From contig NJBF01000013.1 in assembly GCA_003144275.1 (NCBI GenBank), forward strand, positions 55,994 to 87,993: DNA of 32,000 nt, read 5' to 3'. Origin of the DNA: Candidatus Heimdallarchaeota archaeon B3_Heim (GTDB lineage Archaea > Asgardarchaeota > Heimdallarchaeia > Hodarchaeales > Hodarchaeaceae). The first letter of the stretch is position 1. Each line of letters begins with the position of its first letter. The notes under the pieces are model-generated. The model ran no database searches and was not told where the DNA came from. It saw nothing but the letters and a program-made list of their open reading frames with translations. Positions 26,152-32,000 of this stretch are shown here, one piece after another. A program made the translations under genes and the position numbers.

Positions 26152-29133
26152 TTATAATTTGTACGGATCCTCAATGGCGATCAACGATTCCCAGGGATCA
26201 TCAAAGGTGCTAAAGCCAAACAAACCGATCCAACCCTCGTTTTGGGGAGATAACCAATAATTCCTTGCAGAAGGGACACCGAGAGAATATTGTTCCCGGT
26301 TACAAAATCCCTTATGAAGGTGGCCAGACACTATTATGTCATTTATTCGTACTCTTTTCCCTTTCACAGGTTTTGTCAAGTTCTCTCGCCAGTTCTGAAT
26401 CTCCTTTCTAGTGATTCCAGGTTTATCCAGATATAGTTCCATTTTAGAATTATGCCCATGAATAAAGATCAGATCCCGATAAGGTTTGAGAGACCAGCGG
26501 ATGTCTATCGAGGTATTAATGGGTTTTCGCCAACGAAAATACCGGATATCATAATCATGGTTCCCCAAAATAAAAATCGTCTTGTGGAGCAGGCCTAATT
26601 CATCTAATATTTCATAAAGAATGAATAGTTGAGCTCGTGCAACAGTATAATCATAAGCAGCTAATCGATCAATAGTGTCTCCGAGAAAGATGATTACCGA
26701 GGCATTTTTCAGGGGTTTTACTTGAGTATAACAAAACTTTCGAAAATCAACCTCCTGACCGTTGATTGTGATTGGATGGCCAGTTAAATGCAGATCAGCA
26801 ATGCACCCCACAGTGAAATGGTAATCGTTTAGATACTTGTGAAAGCGGTTTTTAGTTTCCTGATAAAGCATTTGTATCGTACCACTTGGTTTTTTCTTCT
26901 TTGTTATCTTTTTTCGAGTCTTTTTTGGCTGTATCCATTGGTGGTACAACATGGATGCTAGATCAAGTCTGCTGGTGTCAATTAGCAGTGTTCCTACCCC
27001 CAGTTCTTCATGATAACAGGTAGTTGATCGAAATACTGACCGATCAATATTAAGTTTGTCACAGTATTGTCGGATTTTCCTTTCCACTGGTACGGTAATC
27101 TTCTTCTTCTTAATAAATATCCCCGTATAATCGCTACTCTGAGCTAGCGGGACATTGGGTAAGTCAAATGATCCAGTTCGGATATCTTTCTTTGTCACTT
27201 GTTCTGTTTCAATGACTTCAACAAGGGCAGCATTAATTTTTAGGTCGTGTGCTAAGATTTCGGTGGCAGTTATCGTTTTTTTAACTTTGTTTTGTATGGC
27301 GTGTAAATCAAGATATCCCTCTATTACATACACGATTTTTTTTGTAGGATCGATTTCAACGATTTGATAAGTATCATCAATAAAAGCGATAGTTTGACTT
27401 GGTAGTCCTCTACGAAATAGTTCCGAGAGACTGATCGTACCGAGTTTCTTCTCTTTCGAAGATTTAGTTCGTAATATGACCGTATAGAGTTCTGTCCCAA
27501 ACCGTCTGGGAAACGCATGAATCCACTCCTTTGTTGTGGCTGTAGGACATATCTGCTCATCCGAACCCACTGTAACGACATGTTCGTTGAGTAGTCTAAG
27601 ATAGGCCTGTTTTACTTCCTGATGAAAGCTTGGGTCATCATTCCCATAAAAACCCTTCTTCAACCGATCTAGAATATCCCAGAACCCGAACACCACTCCC
27701 ATAACAATGGCATACTGCAATATTAACAGAGTATAAAGGGGTGTTTGGAATGGAGGAGGTTCCTCTTGAAAAATAAAGTGTGCTAGAGTGTTAATATCAG
27801 CTGATTTATCGTTTTCAAAACTATTCACTGCCCGTAAGATAATATCAACCTTCCCTTCCTGTGTGGGATCACGATTGGCACGGCCTCGTTGTTGAAGATA
27901 TTCACGGTCACTTCGGGGAATGCCATAGAAAATCACCCAAGAAGCATCAGGGATATCTAGCCCTGACTGAATGATACTGGTAGCGACCAGACAGATTTTA
28001 AGTCGATTACAACGAAAATTATGAATTCTTTTCGCCACGGTGGGAGTAGGCATATCACCATGCACTGTAGTAAAATAGTTAGAAAAAGTACCTAGAAGTG
28101 TTTCAATATCGATATAACGCTTATTATTCAAAAATAAAATGATCTTTCGGGGGACATACTTGTTTCCTGGCGTAATTTTCGCACGTTCCGCTTGAATATA
28201 GGTTTTTACTTCCTGAATAAAATATTCTAAAAGCCTTTGAGGATCATCCTCACGATAGACGTTAATATGAGTGGTTCCTCGTCGTCCCAAGCCCGTTAGA
28301 TCTAGATACTCACTTTCTGGCCCAAAAAACAAGGTGGCAAACCGATCAGGATTACTCACGGTCGCAGAGGAGAGAATCACTTTTATTTCAGGATTTTTCC
28401 AAATTAAGTAACGCACGAAGATCGACAAACAGAGTAACGCTGGAAGCGGATACGAATCGACTTCATCAATCAAGATAATGGCAGGAGAAGAAAGTTTTTT
28501 GGCCCATTGAACATTATGTGTCGAAAACACTTTCCCCCACATATCTCGATCACCCAGCTGATCTAGGACTTCTTGATGTTCGAGCTGGCCCATGAGGGAA
28601 AACTGCGTAAATGACCCTAACAGCATAAAGGGTGTCATAATAAACACAGCTGCGCGGTCCTTGCCCTCACGCACCTGATCTCGAATCAATGCATTCTCTT
28701 CTTCAGTATCCTTATAATAAGCTACAATTTGACGGGTATCACTAAGTCGTCTCATGTACGTAGCGAATTTATCTTTGAGTTCTTCCGCTAAGCCGCGCGT
28801 ATGCGCCAGGACAAAGGCATAAGAATCCTCCTTTAATGTCTCATGAAGAGTATAAACGCACATCGCCTCACTTTTACCACGCGCGGTTTTTCCACGAAGA
28901 ACGTAAAACTGATGACCAGATTTAGCAAGTATTTCATGCTCGATCAAAGGACGACGTTTTTGAAAAAAATCCAGTTCAAGATCGGAAGTGTAACACTCCA
29001 GAAACTCTGAATACGGCGTAGTGGAATAATCCTCCTCGAGAGGTTCAGTACTCTCCAGGATACCTCCCAAAATAGACACAGGAGGAGAACGAACAGCGTG
29101 TTTTCCACGATGTCGGGTAGATCTACTAGCCAT
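26152..29133 (-). CDS. SF2 DEAD/DEAH helicase (MrfA/YprA/Hrq1- or Lhr-like) fused to a C-terminal calcineurin-like metallophosphoesterase
   Basis: Q motif DFFQ, Walker A GKTARGKS, IDEVD, SSAT, ATSIIQSGLDIP, QQRGRANR. C-terminal ADLH (about aa 780), GDTID, GNHD, HGH and SGHLH. Confidence 0.85.
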   Translation of the reverse strand: MASRSTRHRGKHAVRSPPVSILGGILESTEPLEEDYSTTPYSEFLECYTSDLELDFFQKRRPLIEHEILAKSGHQFYVLRGKTARGKSEAMCVYTLHETLKEDSYAFVLAHTRGLAEELKDKFATYMRRLSDTRQIVAYYKDTEEENALIRDQVREGKDRAAVFIMTPFMLLGSFTQFSLMGQLEHQEVLDQLGDRDMWGKVFSTHNVQWAKKLSSPAIILIDEVDSYPLPALLCLSIFVRYLIWKNPEIKVILSSATVSNPDRFATLFFGPESEYLDLTGLGRRGTTHINVYREDDPQRLLEYFIQEVKTYIQAERAKITPGNKYVPRKIILFLNNKRYIDIETLLGTFSNYFTTVHGDMPTPTVAKRIHNFRCNRLKICLVATSIIQSGLDIPDASWVIFYGIPRSDREYLQQRGRANRDPTQEGKVDIILRAVNSFENDKSADINTLAHFIFQEEPPPFQTPLYTLLILQYAIVMGVVFGFWDILDRLKKGFYGNDDPSFHQEVKQAYLRLLNEHVVTVGSDEQICPTATTKEWIHAFPRRFGTELYTVILRTKSSKEKKLGTISLSELFRRGLPSQTIAFIDDTYQIVEIDPTKKIVYVIEGYLDLHAIQNKVKKTITATEILAHDLKINAALVEVIETEQVTKKDIRTGSFDLPNVPLAQSSDYTGIFIKKKKITVPVERKIRQYCDKLNIDRSVFRSTTCYHEELGVGTLLIDTSRLDLASMLYHQWIQPKKTRKKITKKKKPSGTIQMLYQETKNRFHKYLNDYHFTVGCIADLHLTGHPITINGQEVDFRKFCYTQVKPLKNASVIIFLGDTIDRLAAYDYTVARAQLFILYEILDELGLLHKTIFILGNHDYDIRYFRWRKPINTSIDIRWSLKPYRDLIFIHGHNSKMELYLDKPGITRKEIQNWRENLTKPVKGKRVRINDIIVSGHLHKGFCNREQYSLGVPSARNYWLSPQNEGWIGLFGFSTFDDPWESLIAIEDPYKL

Positions 29134-29246
29134 TGTCCTTCACTTCCTATGGTTCATCCACCTTTTATATTCAGAATCGCACAACAGTGATCACATCCAA
29201 TGTAAGGAGAAAAAGAAAAATCATAAAAAATGTGAAAAGACTAATT

Positions 29247-29332
29247 AAACATACAACCCGAATGGAAGAAGAGGATTAGAACAGTAAAGCTATCTTTATT
29301 GATGTACATTAGTTTCTTATTCTCATGTCCAG
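29247..29332 (-). pseudogene. Frameshifted relic of the 5' (signal-peptide) end of the subtilase gene
   Basis: Homologous to 24467-24553. Start TTG is now CTG, and a 1-nt deletion gives TAA at 29309-29311. The shifted frame reads INKDSFTVLILFFHSGCMF versus NNKNSFTAIFLFLLSGGMF. Confidence 0.75.
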
Positions 29333-29461
29333 ACCCTCAAAAGAATATACTAGATTTCAGAAAATATCTTGATTTGAGGGTAGTAATTCTTTTAAGTTTT
29401 ACTTGTAAATCAACTATGTGAAGATTTGTAGAAGTCAAAATGATTAAGGTGATAGCACCAC

Positions 29462-30868
29462 GTGTGGAGAAGATTTCTATTTATTCCCCGAAATAATATA
29501 TTTCTCCTAATTTTACTCATACTGAGTGGAATTTACTCTCCATTATTGCACGCCCAGAGGATCTATGGAACAATTTATGGATTTACAATATTTTCTTCTA
29601 GTGGAGGAACGTTTTCACGCTCTACAATTAATATCACAGAGGGAGAGATACTATGGGAGCAAATATTTGATTTTGAAATTAATGATTGGGCCTTTTCGAT
29701 TATTGAAACTTCTGATAATGGGCTGGCAATTGCTGCAAAAATATATTATGAGGAGGAGGGTATGTGGGATCAGGACGGTCTTCTGATCAAAACCGATAAT
29801 TTAGGAGAAGTGCAATGGACGCAAACGTATGGAGGTGAGGGAGTTGAATATGCGTATGATGTCATCCAAACGGTTGACGGGGGGTTTGCGATGACGGGTT
29901 CAACCACTACTAATAGTACAGGTCGGACAGACGGGTGGTTAGTCAAGACTTCACCCCAGGGGAAAGAAGAATGGAGCCAGCAGTATGCAGGAACGAGTTA
30001 CGATAAATTAAAAGGCTTGATTCAAACTCGAGAGGGGGGGTATGCCCTTGCTGGAGAAAAAAGTGATTCTGCCTGGATAATTAAGACAGATACTCTAGGA
30101 AACGAAGAATGGGTGCTTAGATTGGGATCAGGGAGTAAGGAAGCCCAAGAGATTATTCAAACAATGGATGGAGGATATGGTGTGGTAGGGTCTTGTGTTA
30201 TCATAAGTCATAATTTTCAAGTACATCAAGATTTATGTTTAATCAAACTAGCCAAGAATGGGAGCATTGAATGGAATCGAACTTATAACTCGATGATTTG
30301 GCAGAGTAGATTTCCAGCTGATTACGGATATTCAGTAACTCAAACTGCAGATGGTGGTTTTTTCCTCTTTGGGGATACTCATAATCTTCAAAACAGCACA
30401 GGGTATGATTTTTGGCTTGTCAAAACAGATGCGGCTGGTGTGCCCCTATGGAATCGTACCTATGGAGAAAAGGGAACTGAAAGCTTAAATGCAGGAATCC
30501 AAACCATGGATGGGGGGTTTGCTTTAACTGGGTATACGGATTCCTTTGGTGTAGAACACAGTGATATTTATTTGGTTAAAACAGATGCCCAAGGTGTGCT
30601 GGAATGGAACCGTACATATGGGGCATTTGATTGGGAAGAGGCCTTCTCTCTTGTTCAGACTTCTGATAGTGGATTAGTTATATTGGGGAGGTCAAGTCCA
30701 CCATCTGCACCTGGCCCAGAAGGCAATACGAATATTTGGCTTCTCAAAGTGAAAGGTAGGGGAGTTCCTCCTTCAGCTCCTCCCTCTCTTTGGAACCACC
30801 CTTTTTTCCCAGTTACTCTATTAATCGGGTGTTTGACCCTTTTTCTCTTGATTAAACGTAAACATTAA
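29462..30868 (+). CDS. Membrane-anchored 7-bladed beta-propeller surface protein, copy 2
   Basis: Paralogue of 24682-26082 with the same repeats, signal peptide, TM helix and KRKH tail. GTG start with GGTGA SD. Confidence 0.8.
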   Translation: MWRRFLFIPRNNIFLLILLILSGIYSPLLHAQRIYGTIYGFTIFSSSGGTFSRSTINITEGEILWEQIFDFEINDWAFSIIETSDNGLAIAAKIYYEEEGMWDQDGLLIKTDNLGEVQWTQTYGGEGVEYAYDVIQTVDGGFAMTGSTTTNSTGRTDGWLVKTSPQGKEEWSQQYAGTSYDKLKGLIQTREGGYALAGEKSDSAWIIKTDTLGNEEWVLRLGSGSKEAQEIIQTMDGGYGVVGSCVIISHNFQVHQDLCLIKLAKNGSIEWNRTYNSMIWQSRFPADYGYSVTQTADGGFFLFGDTHNLQNSTGYDFWLVKTDAAGVPLWNRTYGEKGTESLNAGIQTMDGGFALTGYTDSFGVEHSDIYLVKTDAQGVLEWNRTYGAFDWEEAFSLVQTSDSGLVILGRSSPPSAPGPEGNTNIWLLKVKGRGVPPSAPPSLWNHPFFPVTLLIGCLTLFLLIKRKH

Positions 30869-31194
30869 ACCAACGAATGAAAAATCCTATATAACTCGTA
30901 TCCACTAATTTAAACTTAATCTCTGTATAATGGATTCCATTGCTGGTCTTAACAACCTCTTCTAGTTCATTTAAGGTTGATAGAATTGTCACGAGCTATA
31001 TCTGATCCATTTAAATCCTACCGTAGTATCCCAACTAGCGAGCAGTGTCTACATACTTAGAATTATAAAAACCAATATTGATCTGACTGATTTGTACTAG
31101 GGTTCCCCAGATACCATCACATACAGTGACTCTTTATCGGGGAAGGATGAGTAGAATTGGATAAGTTATACATAAATTATATTTCTTCTTCAGA

Positions 31195-31752
31195 TTACTC
31201 CAGTTTTTTTTCTAGCTCCAGAAACCTCCGATGAAGTGTTTTAATCAATTCATCTTGTTCGGTAGCTACAATTTCCATCCAATTGATTAAAAAATCTAAT
31301 ATTTGTAATGTGCGTTTTCCTCCAGGTGATTCTCTGGATTCTTGACTCATAGTCTCTCCCCACCGTTCACGTATACGTTTTAAACCCCCTTCTCGCTCTC
31401 GAAGTGTAATCACATTTTCTTCAAATTCATTCACCAAGAGTTCGAGGTAAGCAGTTGACTCAACTTGATATTTCCATTCACGAGAGCCTGGTTCTCGCCG
31501 TCGATCAATTAATTTCCAGTTCTCTAATTCCTTCAGATTACGACTAATCGTGGAAGGATTTACCTCAAATTTATCTACCAATTCTTTTTGTAATAATGGT
31601 TTTTGGGAAGATGTCAATACACATAAGGCAAAAATCCTGCCTAACAACGGAGAGCCTCCCCGATCGTACATTAAATCCTCAAAAAAGTTTGATATTTCTT
31701 CTTCTAGCTTAATAATGTCTTTAAATTCCTTATTAGATGATTTATTACTCAT
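31195..31752 (-). CDS. GbsR/MarR-family winged-helix transcriptional regulator
   Basis: G.SPLLGRIFAL....L.QKEL...EVNPSTISRNLKELENWKLIDR...G.R...Y pattern followed by a helical dimerisation region. Confidence 0.8.
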   Translation of the reverse strand: MSNKSSNKEFKDIIKLEEEISNFFEDLMYDRGGSPLLGRIFALCVLTSSQKPLLQKELVDKFEVNPSTISRNLKELENWKLIDRRREPGSREWKYQVESTAYLELLVNEFEENVITLREREGGLKRIRERWGETMSQESRESPGGKRTLQILDFLINWMEIVATEQDELIKTLHRRFLELEKKLE

Positions 31753-32000
31753 TTGATTTCGTATCCCTTGTTTAGCAATTTTCTTGCGGTTGAGTAAATA
31801 TTTGGTGGTACTTCTACATATTAATATAAAGAGATTCTGACTTTTTTGATTTAATGAATGTCTTCAAACGATACAGTACTTCGTATCACCTCCTCGAAAC
31901 CACATCTTGTTCCCTAAACATCGCCCGGTGCCACGATGTGAGAAGGAATTCACAGAAATCGTTTGCAGTATAAACAAAATCTACCCGACACCTCCGACTA

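Larger units (their letters stand above)
29247..30868. repeat. Copy 2 of the ~1.6-kb diverged direct duplication
   Basis: See copy 1; also shares the intergenic core TTTCAGAAAATAT and the ACCCTC/GAGGGT inverted repeat. Confidence 0.9.

Noticed and set aside
26487-26497. 11-bp match TGAGAGACCAG to the sRNA 3' end (16052-16062) as an att-site duplication
   Set aside because: It lies inside the helicase-MPE coding sequence, and matches of this length are expected by chance in 32 kb.
31103-31144. Hairpin TTCCCC-GATA...TCAC/GTGA...TATC-GGGGAA as a SECIS element or H/ACA RNA
   Set aside because: It lacks the SECIS internal-loop motifs, a K-turn or K-loop and a properly placed ACA, and no adjacent gene has an in-frame UGA. 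More likely a terminator-type or chance structure between convergent genes.
457-31756. Short ORFs (60-113 aa) in the supplied track that overlap longer genes, e.g. 990-1172, 3012-3251, 20096-20329, 22705-22902, 26075-26260
   Set aside because: They are antisense or out-of-frame shadows of well-supported genes, or AT-rich intergenic ORFs with no recognisable motifs. The His-rich 22705-22902 is simply the reverse of the poly-Gly codons.

Overview
This is a low-GC archaeal window, inferred to be Asgard (Heimdallarchaeia/Hodarchaeales-like) from gene content alone. The left half (1-16.0 kb) is mostly housekeeping: CBS protein, RqcH/NFACT, GlmU-like, radical SAM, TPR protein, YchF-type GTPase, DUF2095, two tandem short SerA paralogues and rpl15e-rnp3-rnp2. 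It also holds two unannotated RNA candidates. One is a ~265-nt GC-rich structured element upstream of glmU. The other is a clear box C/D sRNA at 15998-16059 whose guides match the 23S rRNA P-loop (predicted Gm2251) and helix 71. From 16.1 kb the window is accessory. The main signal is a derived Cas module with no CRISPR array in the window (16141-22341): a minus-strand operon of PD-(D/E)xK nuclease, PIN-like protein, Cas7-like RAMP and a Cas5-like RAMP fused to a Cas10-type permuted HD nuclease, transcribed divergently from a 996-aa protein with a Cys-rich N-terminus and a C-terminal Cas1 domain retaining E/H/D-E catalytic residues. No cas2, cas3, cas6, Palm-domain cas10 or polB is visible. 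Further right are a secreted subtilase ending in a poly-Gly linker plus Hint domain, and a ~1.6-kb direct duplication (relic of the subtilase 5' end, promoter and a 7-bladed beta-propeller surface protein). The two copies flank an SF2 helicase fused to a metallophosphoesterase. A GbsR/MarR regulator closes the window. All family assignments are by-eye motif recognition; no database search was run.
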